From assembly GCF_047971885.1 (NCBI RefSeq), contig NZ_JBKEAE010000183.1, positions 1,504 to 65,503 on the forward strand: a DNA stretch of 64,000 bases, in the 5' to 3' direction. The position numbers and the translations under genes were made by a program. Below the pieces are notes generated by a model. That model had not been told where the DNA came from. It saw nothing but the letters and a program-made list of their open reading frames with translations, and ran no database searches. Below are positions 37,684-49,820 of this stretch, in pieces. Numbering within the stretch: position 1 is the first letter of the stretch; every line of letters starts with the position of its first letter. The stretch comes from Tropicimonas sp. (GTDB taxonomy: Bacteria; Pseudomonadota; Alphaproteobacteria; Rhodobacterales; Rhodobacteraceae).

Positions 37684-39131
37684 GCGCGCTCTGGACATCC
37701 GGGGATGCGGCAGGGGCGACCGGCGGGCGTTTGACCGCACCGTGGCAGGCAACCTCGGTTTCCATCGACAGCCGCACGCTCGAGCCCGGCGCACTGTTTG
37801 TCGCGCTGAAGGATGCGCGCGACGGGCACGATTTTGTCGCGTCGGCACTGGAGAACGGGGCCGCCGCCGCGCTGGTCAGCCGTATGCCCGAAGGTGTCTC
37901 GCCCGATGCGCCGCTGCTCGTCGTACCCGATGTGCAACGGGCGCTCGAGGCGCTCGGCGCGGCCGGCAGGGCGCGCAGCAGGGCCCGGGTCATCGGCATC
38001 ACCGGCTCGGTCGGCAAGACATCGACCAAGGAGATGTTGCGGATCGTGCTGGCCGGTCAGGGCAGGGTGCATGCCGCCGAGAAAAGCTACAACAACCACT
38101 GGGGTGTGCCGCTGACGCTGGCGCGCATGCCCGCCGATGCCGATTTTGCCGTGATCGAGATTGGCATGAACCACCCGGGCGAGATAGCGCCGCTGGCCCG
38201 CCTCGCCGGTCTCGATGCGGCGGTGATAACCAATGTCGCACCGGTTCACCTTGCCGCTTTCGACAGCGTGGAGGGGATCGCGGCAGAGAAAGCCGCCATC
38301 CTCGAAGGGCTGAAAATGGGCGCGCCGGCGGTTCTCAACGCCGATATCGCAACCTCGCCGATCCTCTTTGCCGCGGCGCGGGCGCATGGCGCGCGAATCG
38401 TCGGGTTCGGCGAACAGGGCCGGGAAGCGCTGCTGCGCGATGTGCTGGTGCAGGGCGGGCAGATTGTGGTCCGGGCGGATCTGCACCTGACCCCCGAATC
38501 CGCCCCGATGCCGGTCATGTTCCGCCTGCAATCGCCGGGCAGGCATTTTGCGATGAACGGGCTGGCCGCGCTTGCGGTGGCCGGCGCGCTTGGCGCCGAT
38601 CCGGCCATGGCCGCTGCCGATCTGGGGCGCTGGGTTCCCTATGCCGGGCGGGGTGCGCGCGAGACGATCACGCTCGATATCGTCGAGGATTCGCTGCAAT
38701 TCGATCTCATCGACGATTCCTACAACGCCAACCCCGCCTCGGTCAGCGCCGCGCTCGACATGCTGGCCGCCTCCGGCCCGGTCGATGGTATCGGGCGCAT
38801 CGCGCAGGGGCGCCGGATCGCCATACTCGGCGACATGCTCGAACTCGGGTCGGACGAGGTGGCGCTGCATGCGGCGCTTGCGACGCACCCGGCGATTGCC
38901 GATCTCGACAAGATCCACTGTGTCGGGCCGCGGATGAAGGCCATGTGGGACGCGCTGCCGCCGCAACGGCGCGGCCGCTGGGCGGAAGACAGCAAGGCCA
39001 TGGCGCCCGAAATGCACCGCCTGCTCGACGCGGGCGACATCGTGCTGGTCAAGGGGTCGCTTGGCATGCAGATGGCGCGGATCGTTGACGCGATACGGAA
39101 ACTGGGCCAACCGGTTCCGAAAGAATATTGA
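37680..39131 (+). CDS. murF: UDP-N-acetylmuramoyl-tripeptide--D-alanyl-D-alanine ligase
   Basis: 483 aa from [32 protein letters not shown]-loop. ATGA overlap with murE. Confidence 0.9.
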   Translation: MSALWTSGDAAGATGGRLTAPWQATSVSIDSRTLEPGALFVALKDARDGHDFVASALENGAAAALVSRMPEGVSPDAPLLVVPDVQRALEALGAAGRARSRARVIGITGSVGKTSTKEMLRIVLAGQGRVHAAEKSYNNHWGVPLTLARMPADADFAVIEIGMNHPGEIAPLARLAGLDAAVITNVAPVHLAAFDSVEGIAAEKAAILEGLKMGAPAVLNADIATSPILFAAARAHGARIVGFGEQGREALLRDVLVQGGQIVVRADLHLTPESAPMPVMFRLQSPGRHFAMNGLAALAVAGALGADPAMAAADLGRWVPYAGRGARETITLDIVEDSLQFDLIDDSYNANPASVSAALDMLAASGPVDGIGRIAQGRRIAILGDMLELGSDEVALHAALATHPAIADLDKIHCVGPRMKAMWDALPPQRRGRWAEDSKAMAPEMHRLLDAGDIVLVKGSLGMQMARIVDAIRKLGQPVPKEY

Positions 39132-39141
39132 AAGGCAGGCG

Positions 39142-40224
39142 ATGTTCTATTGGCTGACGAATTTTTCCGACGGCGGCGACTTCTTCAACCTGTTCCGCTA
39201 CATCACCTTTCGCACCGGCGGGGCGTTCTTTACCGCGCTGGTCTTCGGTTTCCTGTTCGGCCGGCCGCTGATCGACCTGTTGCGCCGCAGCCAGGGCAAG
39301 GGCCAGCCGATCCGCGAGGACGGCCCCGAAAGCCATTTTTCCAAGGCAGGAACGCCGACCATGGGAGGTGTGCTGATACTGGGCGCGGTGGTGATGGCGA
39401 CGTTGCTATGGGCGCGGCTGTCGAACCCCTATGTCTGGATCGTGCTGTTCGTGACCATGGCCTTCGGCCTCATCGGCTTCGCCGACGACCATGCCAAGGT
39501 GTCCAGGGCGAATACGGCGGGCGTGTCGGGGCGGATCCGGCTGGGCGCGGGCTTCCTGATCGCGGCTGTCGCGGCGGCGGCGGCGGCGTATTTCCATCCG
39601 CCCGAACTGACCAACCAGCTTGCCCTGCCGATCTTCAAGAACGTGCTGATCAATCTCGGCATCCTGTTCATTCCGTTTTCGATGCTGGTGATCGTCGGTT
39701 CGGCCAATGCGGTGAACCTGACCGACGGGCTGGACGGGCTGGCCATCATGCCTGTGATGATCGCGGCCGGAACGCTGGGGGTGATCGCCTATGTGGTGGG
39801 CCGCACCGACTATACCGAATATCTGGGCCTGCATTACGTGCCGGGCACGGGCGAATTGCTGATCTTCGTCGCCGGGCTGATCGGCGGCGGGCTGGGGTTT
39901 CTCTGGTACAACGCGCCGCCGGCGGCGGTGTTCATGGGCGATACCGGCAGCCTCGCGCTCGGCGGTGCGCTGGGAGCGATCGCCGTCTCGACCAAGCACG
40001 AAAACGTTCTGGCCATCGTCGGCGGACTGTTTGTGGTCGAGGCGCTTTCAGTCATCATCCAGGTGCTTTATTTCAAGCGCACCGGCAAGCGGGTGTTCCT
40101 GATGGCGCCGATCCATCACCATTTCGAAAAGCGCGGCTGGGCCGAACCGCAGATCGTCATCCGCTTCTGGATCGTCTCGCTGGTGCTGGCCCTGATCGGG
40201 CTGGCGACGCTGAAGTTGCGATGA
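39142..40224 (+). CDS. mraY: Phospho-N-acetylmuramoyl-pentapeptide transferase
   Basis: 360 aa from [41 protein letters not shown] motif. Confidence 0.95.
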   Translation: MFYWLTNFSDGGDFFNLFRYITFRTGGAFFTALVFGFLFGRPLIDLLRRSQGKGQPIREDGPESHFSKAGTPTMGGVLILGAVVMATLLWARLSNPYVWIVLFVTMAFGLIGFADDHAKVSRANTAGVSGRIRLGAGFLIAAVAAAAAAYFHPPELTNQLALPIFKNVLINLGILFIPFSMLVIVGSANAVNLTDGLDGLAIMPVMIAAGTLGVIAYVVGRTDYTEYLGLHYVPGTGELLIFVAGLIGGGLGFLWYNAPPAAVFMGDTGSLALGGALGAIAVSTKHENVLAIVGGLFVVEALSVIIQVLYFKRTGKRVFLMAPIHHHFEKRGWAEPQIVIRFWIVSLVLALIGLATLKLR

Positions 40225-40239
40225 TCGGGGTGAACCAGC

Positions 40240-40707
40240 GTGCCAAACGCAAAATTCCCCAAGGGCCAGCTAGTGCGCCAGCGTGCACGCACTGAGCACT
40301 GGAAACTGCTCGGCGAGGAAACGATCCGGATTGCCGAGATTCTTGCGCTGTTTGTCCTGTTTGCGACGCTGGCCTGGGTGGCATACGGCCTCAATTCCTG
40401 TGCCGACAATCGTCGTTCAGAGTATCTTACCGGTGTCATGGTCGCAGTGGCGGGAGCGATGTGTCTGTTTCTTGCCCTATATCCTCTCGGAGGAGTGGTT
40501 AAAGGTATGGAAATCGCTGTCAGAGATGCTTTTTTGCCCGGAATGGGTTATGCTGTTCTGGGCTTCATCACCATCGTTTTTTCGGTTTCCCTGGCCTTTG
40601 TGTTCTCGGCGAGTGAGGGTTTTGATGTTGCTTCCAAACTCTGCAAAAATGAAGCGAACATGGAGTGGAACCTGCCGGAGACGATCGAAGTGAGTGGCAC
40701 GCATTGA
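40240..40707 (+). CDS. Hypothetical membrane protein (about 3 TM), low-GC orphan ORF between mraY and murD
   Basis: 155 aa with GTG start 13 nt after the mraY stop. Three clear hydrophobic helices ([21 protein letters not shown]; [21 protein letters not shown]; [20 protein letters not shown]). The stop TGA overlaps the proposed TTG start of murD. No family recognised. Confidence 0.5.
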   Translation: MPNAKFPKGQLVRQRARTEHWKLLGEETIRIAEILALFVLFATLAWVAYGLNSCADNRRSEYLTGVMVAVAGAMCLFLALYPLGGVVKGMEIAVRDAFLPGMGYAVLGFITIVFSVSLAFVFSASEGFDVASKLCKNEANMEWNLPETIEVSGTH

Positions 40708-42125
40708 TCCCCGTACTTGGTATCGAAAAACTCACCGTCGCCATCCTCGGCCTCGGTCGTTCCGGCCTGACGGCGGCGCGGGCGGTGCAGGCAGGCGGCG
40801 GGCGCGCCGTCTGCTGGGACGACGGGGCGCCGGGGCGCGAGCGGGCCGGGGCCGAGGGGTTCGAACTGCGTGATTTTACCCGCCCGGGCGCGCTCGACGA
40901 TGTGGCGATGCTGGTCACCTCGCCCGGTATCCCGCATCTTTATCCTGCCCCGCACCCCGCCATCGCGGCGGCGCTTGGGGCGGGGGTGCCGGTCGATAAC
41001 GATATCGGCCTTTTCTTCCGTTCGCTGGCCGTGCCCGAATGGGACAGCTTCGATGTGCCGCCCAGGGTGGTGGCGGTGACCGGCTCGAACGGCAAAGCGA
41101 CCACGGCGGCGCTGATCGCGCATCTGCTCGATGCCGCCGGGCGCGAGGTGCAGCTTGCCGGCAACATCGGGCGCGGGGTTCTGGATATCGACCCGCCGGG
41201 CGACGGCGGGGTGGTGGTGCTGGAACTCAGCTCGTACCAGACCGATCTGGCCCGCGCGCTGACGCCCGATATCGCCGTCTTCACCAACCTGTCGCCCGAC
41301 CACCTCGACCGGCATGCCGGCTATGGCGGTTATCTGGCGGCCAAACGGCGGCTCTTTGCCGAGGGCGGGCCGGACCGCGCGGTGATCGGCGTGGACGAGA
41401 CCGAGGGGTTGTTCCTTGCCGGCCAGATCGCCGAAGGCCCTTCCGACGACCGGGTGATCCGGGTGTCGGCGGCCCGCAGGCTTGCCGGGCCGGGCTGGTC
41501 GGTTTTCGCCCGCAAGGGGTTTCTCAGCGAATATCGCAAGGGGCGGCAGGTCGCCTCGATCGACCTGCGCGGGGTGCGCGGTCTGCCGGGGGCGCATAAC
41601 CACCAGAATGCCTGCGCCGCCTATGCGGTCGCGCGTTCGCTGGGCCTTGCGCCGCGGGTGATCGAACAGGGCCTGCACGGTTATGCCGGCCTGCCGCATC
41701 GCAGCCAGATCGTGGCAGTCAGGGATGGCGTGACCTTTGTCAACGACAGCAAGGCGACCAATGTCGACAGTGCCGCGCGCGCGTTGCAGGCCTTCGGCCG
41801 TATCCGCTGGATATGCGGCGGGCTGGAAAAGGGTGGCGGGCTCGACGGGTTGCACCCCCATCTCGGCAATGTCGCGCGCGCCTATGTGATCGGGCGTGAG
41901 GCCGGACATTTCGCCATGGGGTTGGGGCAGGGGGTCGAGGCCGAGATCTGCGGCACGATGGAGAATGCGGTTGCCCGCGCGGTGGCCGATGCCCAACCGG
42001 GCGAGACCGTTCTGCTGGCCCCGGCGGCGGCCAGCTTCGACCAGTACGACAGTTTCGAGCGGCGCGGCGAGGATTTCGTCGCCCGGCTTCGGACGCTGGG
42101 GATCGGGGAGGATATCGACGGCTGA
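40704..42125 (+). CDS. murD: UDP-N-acetylmuramoylalanine--D-glutamate ligase
   Basis: TTG 40704 gives (M)[27 protein letters not shown], the usual MurD N-terminus. An alternative ATG lies at 40665. [11 protein letters not shown]-loop. Confidence 0.9.
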   Translation: MIPVLGIEKLTVAILGLGRSGLTAARAVQAGGGRAVCWDDGAPGRERAGAEGFELRDFTRPGALDDVAMLVTSPGIPHLYPAPHPAIAAALGAGVPVDNDIGLFFRSLAVPEWDSFDVPPRVVAVTGSNGKATTAALIAHLLDAAGREVQLAGNIGRGVLDIDPPGDGGVVVLELSSYQTDLARALTPDIAVFTNLSPDHLDRHAGYGGYLAAKRRLFAEGGPDRAVIGVDETEGLFLAGQIAEGPSDDRVIRVSAARRLAGPGWSVFARKGFLSEYRKGRQVASIDLRGVRGLPGAHNHQNACAAYAVARSLGLAPRVIEQGLHGYAGLPHRSQIVAVRDGVTFVNDSKATNVDSAARALQAFGRIRWICGGLEKGGGLDGLHPHLGNVARAYVIGREAGHFAMGLGQGVEAEICGTMENAVARAVADAQPGETVLLAPAAASFDQYDSFERRGEDFVARLRTLGIGEDIDG

Positions 42126-42400
42126 GGAGAATGGTGGCCAGGTTCGCCGCCAGGCGCTTTGCCAACGTCAGTACCAGTTTCAAAATCGTGCTCGGATGTG
42201 GTTGGCATAATGTGCCAAGTTCCGGGGTTGGAGCGCCTGTCCACTGCCATGCGCTGGCGCGTCTTGCGCAACACTCGGATAACAGCAATGTCCGCCGCGC
42301 CGGCCTTGTGCCGAGATATCGTGTATCGGGAAATTACCCGGGGCGATGGTGCGGGCAGCGCTTCCCGGTCCGGTAAAACGTCGGAATGCGACAGGAGGGC

Positions 42401-43594
42401 TTACCTTTCCCTGTCGGCGATGGCGGTCCCGGCCGCCCAGCCCGACGACCATGCCCACTGGAAGTTGAAGCCGCCGAGCCAGCCGGTCACATCGATGCAT
42501 TCGCCGACGAAATAAAGCCCCGGAACCTCGCGCGCCTCCATCGTCCGCGACGAGAGCGCGCCGGTGTCGACCCCGCCGAGCGTCACCTCGGCGGTGCGGT
42601 AGCCTTCGCTGCCCGAAGGGGTCAGCCGCCAGTCGGAAATGGCGCGTGCCAGCCGGCGCAGCGCATTGTCGTTCTGATCGGCAAGGTTTCCCGTCAGCCC
42701 CGTTTCCGCGATGACAAGCTGCGCCAGCCGTGCCGGCAGAAGGTCCGCAAGCCCGGTCGATAGCGCCCGGCGGCCATGCGCCGCACGCCGCTGCCGCAGG
42801 ATGTCGAAAGGATCGGTGCCGGGGCAGAGATCGACCGCGATCGGATCGCCCTCGCGCCAGCAGGACGAGATTTGCAGGATCGCCGGTCCGGACAGCCCAC
42901 GATGGGTGAAAATCAGCGCCTCGCGGAAGGCTGCGCCGTTGCACGAAACCTCCGCTTCAGCCGAAACGCCAGCCAGCGGTTTCAGTTTTTCGAGCGTGGC
43001 TCCGCCGAAGGTCAGCGGAACAAGGGCCGGCCGGGTTTCGGTGACGGGAATGCCGAAGGTCTCCGCAATCGAGTAGGCAAGCCCGGTCGCGCCCATCCCG
43101 GGGATGGACTTGCCCCCGGTCGCCACCACGAGGTTGCGCGCCCGGACCATCGTTTCGCGCGCTCCCCGGCGGAGGTGGACGGCAAAGCCGCCGGCATCCC
43201 GCCGGATTTCGCCAATTCCGGTGCCGAGCCACAACTCCGCGCCGGCACGGACCATCCCGGCGCGAAGCATCGCCACGATTTCCGCCGCCGATCCGTTGCA
43301 GAACAGCTGACCAAGGGTCTTTTCGTGCCAGGCGATCCCGTGGCGTTCCACCAGTTCGATGAAATCCCACTGCGTGTAGCGTCCAAGCGCCGATTTGCAG
43401 AAATGCGGGTTGGCGCCCAGAAAGTTGCCGGACGTGGTGTGGAGATTGGTGAAGTTGCAGCGCCCGCCGCCCGAGATGCGGATCTTCTCTCCCGGGGCCC
43501 GTGCGTGATCCACCACCAGACAGCGCCCGCCCGCATGGGCGGCGCACATCATGCCGGCGGCGCCGGCGCCGAGAATGATCGTATCGACCTGCAT
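42401..43594 (-). CDS. NAD(P)/FAD-dependent oxidoreductase, BaiN/HI0933 (YhiN) family
   Basis: 397 aa from MQVDTIILGAGAAGMMCA (GxGxxG)...ISGGGRCNFTN, typical of the HI0933-like flavoprotein family. AGGAGAG RBS before ATG 43594. Confidence 0.85.
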   Translation of the reverse strand: MQVDTIILGAGAAGMMCAAHAGGRCLVVDHARAPGEKIRISGGGRCNFTNLHTTSGNFLGANPHFCKSALGRYTQWDFIELVERHGIAWHEKTLGQLFCNGSAAEIVAMLRAGMVRAGAELWLGTGIGEIRRDAGGFAVHLRRGARETMVRARNLVVATGGKSIPGMGATGLAYSIAETFGIPVTETRPALVPLTFGGATLEKLKPLAGVSAEAEVSCNGAAFREALIFTHRGLSGPAILQISSCWREGDPIAVDLCPGTDPFDILRQRRAAHGRRALSTGLADLLPARLAQLVIAETGLTGNLADQNDNALRRLARAISDWRLTPSGSEGYRTAEVTLGGVDTGALSSRTMEAREVPGLYFVGECIDVTGWLGGFNFQWAWSSGWAAGTAIADRER

Positions 43595-43746
43595 GGCTCT
43601 CCTGACCACGCGCGGCAGGGTGGTGCAAGCCGCGCCGGTGGCCGGGGTAGTGCGAATGGCGTCATTTTACTGGATTAATGGCTTTCTGCGGGCTACACTT
43701 CGCACAGACCCGGAAAACCGGGCAGAGGCAGAGTGGCAGTAATTTC

Positions 43747-44913
43747 ATGACGGAAATGGTCTACGGAGCCGCGCCCGTACGGGCTGGCGATCCGGTATTA
43801 CCGCGCTGGTGGCGGACGGTCGACAAATGGTCGATGTCCGCGATCCTGATCCTTTTTGGCATAGGGTTGTTGCTGGGGCTGGCCGCGTCGCCGCCGCTCG
43901 CCGCGCGCAACGGACTCGACTCGTTCTATTACGTGCAACGGCAGGTGTTTTTCGGCGGGTTGTCGATTCTGGTCATGCTGTGGGTGTCGATGCTGTCGCC
44001 CGCGCTCGTCCGCCGGCTTGCCGTACTGGCGTTCTTCGCGGCATTCGCCTCGCTGGTCGTCCTGCCGTTCCTCGGAACCGATTTCGGCAAGGGCGCGGTG
44101 CGCTGGTATTCGCTCGGCTTTGCATCGGTCCAGCCGTCGGAATTTCTCAAGCCCGTCTTCGTCGTCTTCGCCGCCTGGCTCATGGCGGCGAGTCAGGAGG
44201 TGAACGGCCCGCCGGGCAAGTCGATTTCCTTTGTTCTCGTGATCATGATCGTGGCGCTTCTGGCGCTGCAGCCCGATTTCGGGCAGGCGGCGCTGACATT
44301 GTTTGCCTGGGGGGTGATGTATTTCGTCGCCGGGGCTCCGATCTTCCTGCTGGTGGTCATCGCCGCCGGTGTGGTCGGGGTCGGGATGACGGCCTATAAC
44401 GCGTCGGAGCATTTCGCCCGCCGGATCGACGGCTTCCTGTCGCCCGAGGTCGATCCGCGCACCCAGCTCGGCTATGCCACCAATGCCATTCAGGAGGGCG
44501 GTTTCTTCGGTGTCGGCGTTGGCGAGGGGCAGGTGAAATGGTCGCTGCCCGATGCGCATACCGATTTCATCATCGCCGTTGCCGCCGAGGAGTACGGCCT
44601 GGTTCTGGTGATCCTCATCATCGCACTCTATACGCTGATCGTCTCGCGCTCTCTTTTCCGGCTGATGCGCGAACGCGATCCGTTCATCCGGCTGGCCGGA
44701 ACGGGGCTTGCCTGCATGTTCGGCGTGCAGGCGATGATCAACATGGGGGTTGCGGTGCGTCTGCTGCCGGCCAAGGGGATGACCCTGCCGTTCGTCAGCT
44801 ACGGCGGATCGTCGCTGATCGCGGGCGGGATCGCGGTTGGCATGTTGCTCGCCTTCACCCGCAAACGGCCGCAGGGCGAGATCGCCGATATCTTCCAGCG
44901 CAGGGTTCCGTGA
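43747..44913 (+). CDS. ftsW: Peptidoglycan glycosyltransferase / cell division protein FtsW
   Basis: 388 aa from [33 protein letters not shown]-family polytopic protein ([25 protein letters not shown]). Confidence 0.9.
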   Translation: MTEMVYGAAPVRAGDPVLPRWWRTVDKWSMSAILILFGIGLLLGLAASPPLAARNGLDSFYYVQRQVFFGGLSILVMLWVSMLSPALVRRLAVLAFFAAFASLVVLPFLGTDFGKGAVRWYSLGFASVQPSEFLKPVFVVFAAWLMAASQEVNGPPGKSISFVLVIMIVALLALQPDFGQAALTLFAWGVMYFVAGAPIFLLVVIAAGVVGVGMTAYNASEHFARRIDGFLSPEVDPRTQLGYATNAIQEGGFFGVGVGEGQVKWSLPDAHTDFIIAVAAEEYGLVLVILIIALYTLIVSRSLFRLMRERDPFIRLAGTGLACMFGVQAMINMGVAVRLLPAKGMTLPFVSYGGSSLIAGGIAVGMLLAFTRKRPQGEIADIFQRRVP

Positions 44914-46004
44914 TGGCCGCGCCGCTTCTGGTCATTGCCGCGGGTGGAACGGGCGGGCACATGTTTCCCGCGCAGGCACTGGCCGAGGCGATGCTCGGTC
45001 GCGGCTGGCGGGTGCGGCTTTCCACCGATGCGCGCGGCGCGCGCTACGCGGGCGGATTTCCCGAAGAGGTCGGGATTGTCGAGACCGCTTCGGCGACCTT
45101 TGCTCGCGGCGGTGCGGCGGCGAAGGCGGTTGTCCCCTTGCGCATAGCGGGCGGGGTGATGGCCGCTGCAACCCGGATGATGCTGGACCGGCCGGCCATT
45201 GTGGTGGGTTTCGGCGGTTATCCGGCGATCCCTGCGATGTCGGCGGCGTGGGCGCTGCGGCTGCCGCGGATGATCCACGAGCAGAACGGCGTTCTCGGCC
45301 GGGTCAACGAGGTATTCGCCGGCCGCGTCGATGCGATCGCCTGCGGGACATGGCCGACCGGCCTTCCCGACGGGGTCGAGGGGGTCCATACCGGCAACCC
45401 GGTTCGGGCCGCCGTCATGGAACGGGCCGGCGCGCCCTATATTCCGCCGGGCGATTACCCGATGTCGATCCTCGTGATCGGCGGCAGCCAGGGCGCGCGC
45501 GTTCTCTCCGATGTGGTACCCCCGGCGATTGCCGCCCTGCCGATGGACATGCTCCGCCATATCCGCATCGCGCACCAGGCGCGGGGCGAGGATATGGAGC
45601 GGGTGGCCAAATATTATGCCGACCATGCGATCGACGCCGACGTGCAGCCGTTCTTCGACGACGTTCCCGCCCGCATGGCCGAGGCGCAGCTTGTCGTCTC
45701 GCGCGCCGGCGCGTCGTCGATTGCCGATATCAGCGTGATCGGGCGGCCATCGATCCTGATCCCCTATGCCGCCGCGGCGGGCGATCACCAGACCGCCAAC
45801 GCGCGCGGGCTGGTCGATGCCGGCGCCGCGATCCTGATTCCCGAATCGGCGCTTGCGGTCGATGCGCTTTCCGAGCAGATAGCGACCGTTCTTTCGCAGC
45901 CGCGCGGTGCCACCCTGATGGCGCAGGCCGCGCTGGCGCAGGGGCGCGCCGATGCGACGGAACGGCTGGTCGAAATGGTCGAGGACTTGTCCGGCCGGAA
46001 ATGA
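44913..46004 (+). CDS. murG: UDP-N-acetylglucosamine--N-acetylmuramyl-(pentapeptide) pyrophosphoryl-undecaprenol GlcNAc transferase
   Basis: 363 aa from [29 protein letters not shown] overlap with the ftsW stop. Confidence 0.95.
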   Translation: MAAPLLVIAAGGTGGHMFPAQALAEAMLGRGWRVRLSTDARGARYAGGFPEEVGIVETASATFARGGAAAKAVVPLRIAGGVMAAATRMMLDRPAIVVGFGGYPAIPAMSAAWALRLPRMIHEQNGVLGRVNEVFAGRVDAIACGTWPTGLPDGVEGVHTGNPVRAAVMERAGAPYIPPGDYPMSILVIGGSQGARVLSDVVPPAIAALPMDMLRHIRIAHQARGEDMERVAKYYADHAIDADVQPFFDDVPARMAEAQLVVSRAGASSIADISVIGRPSILIPYAAAAGDHQTANARGLVDAGAAILIPESALAVDALSEQIATVLSQPRGATLMAQAALAQGRADATERLVEMVEDLSGRK

Positions 46005-46036
46005 ACATAAATGACATTGAGAGACGAGCATAGATC

Positions 46037-47452
46037 ATGGACGGAAGCACGCTGATGAACGCGGTCACCAAACTGCCCACCGATGTCGGGCCGATCCACT
46101 TCGTCGGGATCGGCGGCATCGGCATGTCGGGGATCGCCGAGGTGCTGATGACCCATGGCTATTCCGTCCAGGGTTCGGACCTGAAAGCCTCGAAAATCAC
46201 CGAACGGCTGGAGCGGCTCGGGGCGCGGGTGTTCATCGGCCAGCGGGCGGAAAATCTCGACGGCGCCGAGGTTGTGGTGATCTCCTCGGCGATCAAGCCG
46301 GGCAATCCCGAACTGGACGAGGCGCGGCGGCATGGCCTGCCGGTGGTGCGCCGGGCCGAGATGCTGGCCGAACTGATGCGCCTGAAATCGAATGTCGCCG
46401 TCGCCGGCACCCACGGCAAGACGACCACCACCACCATGGTGGCGACACTTCTCGATGCCGGCGGGATCGACCCGACTGTGATCAACGGCGGTATCATCCA
46501 TGCCTACGGCTCGAACGCGCGGGCCGGGCAGGGCGAGTGGATGGTGGTCGAGGCCGACGAGAGCGACGGCACCTTCAACCGCCTGCCTGCTACCATTGCC
46601 ATCGTCACCAACATCGACCCCGAGCATATGGAGCACTGGGGTTCGATCGAGAATCTGCGCCAGGGATTTTACGACTTCGTGTCGAACATCCCGTTCTACG
46701 GGCTGGCCGTCTGCTGCACCGATCACCCAGAGGTGCAGGCGCTTGTCGGCCGGATCACCGACAGCAGGGTGATGACCTTCGGCTGCAACGCCCAGGCCGA
46801 CGTGCGCGCGGTGAACCTGCGCTCTCAGGGCGGGGTGGCGCATTTCGATATCGAACTTCACGCCGAGGATGCGGTGATCGAGGAGTGCACGCTGCCGATG
46901 CCGGGCGATCACAACGTCTCGAACGCGCTCGCGGCGGTGACGGTGGCGCGCCATCTGGGCATGAAGCGCGATGAGATTCGCGCCGCCCTGGCGGATTTCG
47001 GCGGGGTCAACCGGCGCTTCACCCGTGTGGGCGAGGTGAACGGTGTCACCATCATCGACGATTACGGGCACCACCCGGTCGAGATCGCGGCGGTGCTGAA
47101 AGCGGCGCGTCAGGCCAGTGACGGCCGGGTGATCGCGGTGCACCAGCCGCACCGCTACTCGCGCCTGTCGAACCTGTTCGAGGAATTCTGCGCCTGTTTC
47201 AACGAGGCCGACGTGGTTGCCATCGCCGAGGTCTATGCCGCCGGCGAGGATCCGATCGAGGGCGCCGATCGCGACGCACTGGTCGCCGGGCTGGTCCGCC
47301 ACGGCCACCGCCATGCGCGGGCGCTGCTGAGCGAGGACGATCTGGAACGGCTGGTGCGCGAGCAGACCCGGCCCGGCGATATGGTCGTGTGTCTCGGGGC
47401 CGGCACGATCAGCGCATGGGCGAACAATCTGCCGGAGCGGCTGAACCGCTGA
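46037..47452 (+). CDS. murC: UDP-N-acetylmuramate--L-alanine ligase
   Basis: 471 aa. [17 protein letters not shown] and [11 protein letters not shown] motifs. Confidence 0.95.
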   Translation: MDGSTLMNAVTKLPTDVGPIHFVGIGGIGMSGIAEVLMTHGYSVQGSDLKASKITERLERLGARVFIGQRAENLDGAEVVVISSAIKPGNPELDEARRHGLPVVRRAEMLAELMRLKSNVAVAGTHGKTTTTTMVATLLDAGGIDPTVINGGIIHAYGSNARAGQGEWMVVEADESDGTFNRLPATIAIVTNIDPEHMEHWGSIENLRQGFYDFVSNIPFYGLAVCCTDHPEVQALVGRITDSRVMTFGCNAQADVRAVNLRSQGGVAHFDIELHAEDAVIEECTLPMPGDHNVSNALAAVTVARHLGMKRDEIRAALADFGGVNRRFTRVGEVNGVTIIDDYGHHPVEIAAVLKAARQASDGRVIAVHQPHRYSRLSNLFEEFCACFNEADVVAIAEVYAAGEDPIEGADRDALVAGLVRHGHRHARALLSEDDLERLVREQTRPGDMVVCLGAGTISAWANNLPERLNR

Positions 47453-47581
47453 TGGAAGGGCGGCCGCCGCAACGCGGGCCGGGGCCATGATGAAGGTACG
47501 TTGCCGGCGGCTTTCCGCGTACTTCGCTTCGGCGCGGGCAACCGGCCGCGTTACCTGCGGCGGCCATGCGCGGGGGAGCCG

Positions 47582-47854
47582 ATGAACAGTTCGCTGCTGC
47601 TGGTCTGCCTCTGGGTGATCGTCGCGTCGGTTCTGGCGATAATACCGTCACGCCACGGGCACTGGCCGGCAGCGGTAATGCTGATCGTTGCCGGCGTTCC
47701 CCTGCTTGGCTATGTGACCTATCAGAATGGCGCGCTGGTCGGATTGCTGGTTCTGGCGGCAGGCGCGTCGGTCCTGCGCTGGCCACTGGTTTTCCTGTGG
47801 CGGCGCCTGCGCAAACGATACTCGAAACGGCACGGGGCCGAACCGGAGGTTTAG
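47582..47854 (+). CDS. DUF2484 family small membrane protein
   Basis: 90 aa from [22 protein letters not shown] with 2-3 TM. The position between murC and murB is typical of Rhodobacteraceae. Internal start of ORF 47501..47854. Confidence 0.6.
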   Translation: MNSSLLLVCLWVIVASVLAIIPSRHGHWPAAVMLIVAGVPLLGYVTYQNGALVGLLVLAAGASVLRWPLVFLWRRLRKRYSKRHGAEPEV

Positions 47855-47856
47855 CA

Positions 47857-48804
47857 GTGGCATTGCCCGGGGAAATGGAGGTTCGCGGAACGCTTCAGGC
47901 GAACCAGCCGCTCGACCGGCTGACCTGGCTGCGGGTCGGCGGGCCGGCCGAGTGGCTGTTCCAGCCCGCCGATCGTGACGATCTCTGCCACTTCCTGTCC
48001 CGTCTCGATCCGGCAATCGCGGTATTTCCCATCGGCGTCGGATCGAACCTGATCGTGCGCGATGGCGGGATTCGCGGGGTGGTGATCCGGCTGGGGCGCG
48101 GGTTCAACGATATCGCCTGTTCAGGCGGCGTGGTGACCGCCGGAGCGGCGGCGCTTGACGCGCATGTGGCGCGCAGGGCGGCGTCGGCGGGGCTGGATCT
48201 GACCTTCCTGCGCACCATTCCGGGTGCCATTGGCGGCGCGGTCAGGATGAACGCGGGCTGCTATGGCAGCTACATCGCCGACCACCTGATCGACGCCGAG
48301 GCGGTGACGCGGGGCGGCGATATCGTCCGGCTGACCCCCGATGCGCTGGATTTCCGCTATCGCCACACGGCGCTGCCGCCCGGCTGGGTGGTGACCGGGG
48401 CGCGGTTTCGTGCTGCGCCGGGCGATCCGGACGCGCTGGCGCGGCGGATGGACGAGCAGATCGCCAGGCGTGACGCCAGCCAGCCGACACGGGAGCGTTC
48501 GGCCGGCTCGACCTTCCGCAATCCGGCCGGATTCAGCTCGACCGGGCGCGACGACGACACGCACGAACTCAAGGCATGGAAGGTCATCGATGACGCAGGC
48601 ATGCGGGGCGCCCGGCTCGGCGGTGCGCAAATGTCCGAAAAACACAGCAACTTTCTGCTGAACGCCGATAATGCCACTGCCGCCGAGCTTGAGGGGCTGG
48701 GCGAACTGGTTAGAAAAAATGTTTACCGTAACAGCGGTATAGAGCTAGAGTGGGAAATCATGAGGGTCGGTGAACCGGCCCCGGAGTCCGGCCGGGAAAA
48801 CTGA
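47857..48804 (+). CDS. murB: UDP-N-acetylenolpyruvoylglucosamine reductase
   Basis: GTG 47857 lies 7 nt after GGAGG (alternative ATG at 47875). ...[36 protein letters not shown] and AGSTFRNP motifs. Confidence 0.9.
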   Translation: MALPGEMEVRGTLQANQPLDRLTWLRVGGPAEWLFQPADRDDLCHFLSRLDPAIAVFPIGVGSNLIVRDGGIRGVVIRLGRGFNDIACSGGVVTAGAAALDAHVARRAASAGLDLTFLRTIPGAIGGAVRMNAGCYGSYIADHLIDAEAVTRGGDIVRLTPDALDFRYRHTALPPGWVVTGARFRAAPGDPDALARRMDEQIARRDASQPTRERSAGSTFRNPAGFSSTGRDDDTHELKAWKVIDDAGMRGARLGGAQMSEKHSNFLLNADNATAAELEGLGELVRKNVYRNSGIELEWEIMRVGEPAPESGREN

Positions 48805-48905
48805 TCCGGCAAACAGGCAGCGGAACGGCGGCGCCAGGCGGCCTTCCATCGGAATAATCGGGAAAACCCCTGATTTAACAGGGAATCCCGGGAAACGAGG
48901 CGGGT

Positions 48906-49820
48906 ATGTCGAGCAGGACAGACCCCAGTGTGGCGGTCCTCATGGGGGGGCCTTCGGCGGAACGCGAGGTATCGCTTTCCTCCGGGCACGAATGTGCGGC
49001 GGCACTGCGGGGCGAGGGATTTCAGGTCACCGAACTGGACGCGGGTCCGGATCTTGCGGCGCGTCTGGCCGGATTGCGGCCCGATGTCGCCTTCAACGCG
49101 CTGCACGGACGCTGGGGCGAGGATGGCTGCGTGCAGGGCCTGCTGGAATGGCTGCGCATCCCCTATACCCATTCCGGCGTGCTGGCCTCGGCGCTGACCA
49201 TGGACAAGGAGCGGACCAAGGCCGCCTATCGCGCGGCCGGCCTGCCGGTGGCGGAAAGCCGGCTGGCCTGTGCCGCCGAGGTGCGCGCCCGCCATGTGAT
49301 GGAGCCGCCCTATGTGGTGAAGCCCTATAACGAAGGCTCGTCGGTCGGGGTCTATCTGGTGCACGAGGCGGCCAATGGCCCGCCGCAGCTTTCCCCCGAC
49401 ATGCCCGAAATCGTCATGGTCGAGAAATTCGCCCCGGGCCGGGAGCTGACCACAACCGTCATGGGCGACCGCGCGCTGACCGTCACCGATATCCTGACCG
49501 ACGGCTGGTACGATTACGACGCGAAATACAAGCCGGGCGGCTCGCGCCACGTTCTGCCGGCGGATGTGCCGCAGGAGATTTTCGACGCCTGCCTCGATTT
49601 TGCCCTGCGTGCCCACAAGGCGCTCGGCTGCCGGGGCATCAGCCGCACCGATTTCCGCTGGGACGAGGCGCGCGGGCGCGACGGGCTGGTGCTGCTGGAG
49701 ACCAACAACCAGCCGGGCATGACGCCGACCTCGCTCGCCCCCGAACAGGCGGCCCATTGCGGGATCGGCTTCGGGGCGCTCTGCCGCTGGCTGGTGGAGG
49801 ATGCCTCGTGCGATCGCTAG
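48906..49820 (+). CDS. ddl: D-alanine--D-alanine ligase
   Basis: 304 aa. [20 protein letters not shown] and EPPYVVKP... ATP-grasp motifs. Confidence 0.95.
   Translation: MSSRTDPSVAVLMGGPSAEREVSLSSGHECAAALRGEGFQVTELDAGPDLAARLAGLRPDVAFNALHGRWGEDGCVQGLLEWLRIPYTHSGVLASALTMDKERTKAAYRAAGLPVAESRLACAAEVRARHVMEPPYVVKPYNEGSSVGVYLVHEAANGPPQLSPDMPEIVMVEKFAPGRELTTTVMGDRALTVTDILTDGWYDYDAKYKPGGSRHVLPADVPQEIFDACLDFALRAHKALGCRGISRTDFRWDEARGRDGLVLLETNNQPGMTPTSLAPEQAAHCGIGFGALCRWLVEDASCDR

Noticed and set aside
42131-42515. ORFs 42131..42376 and 42159..42515 in the murD to flavoprotein-gene spacer
   Set aside because: They have no RBS, odd composition and no recognisable domains. The second runs antisense into the flavoprotein gene. 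The region is treated as non-coding spacer.
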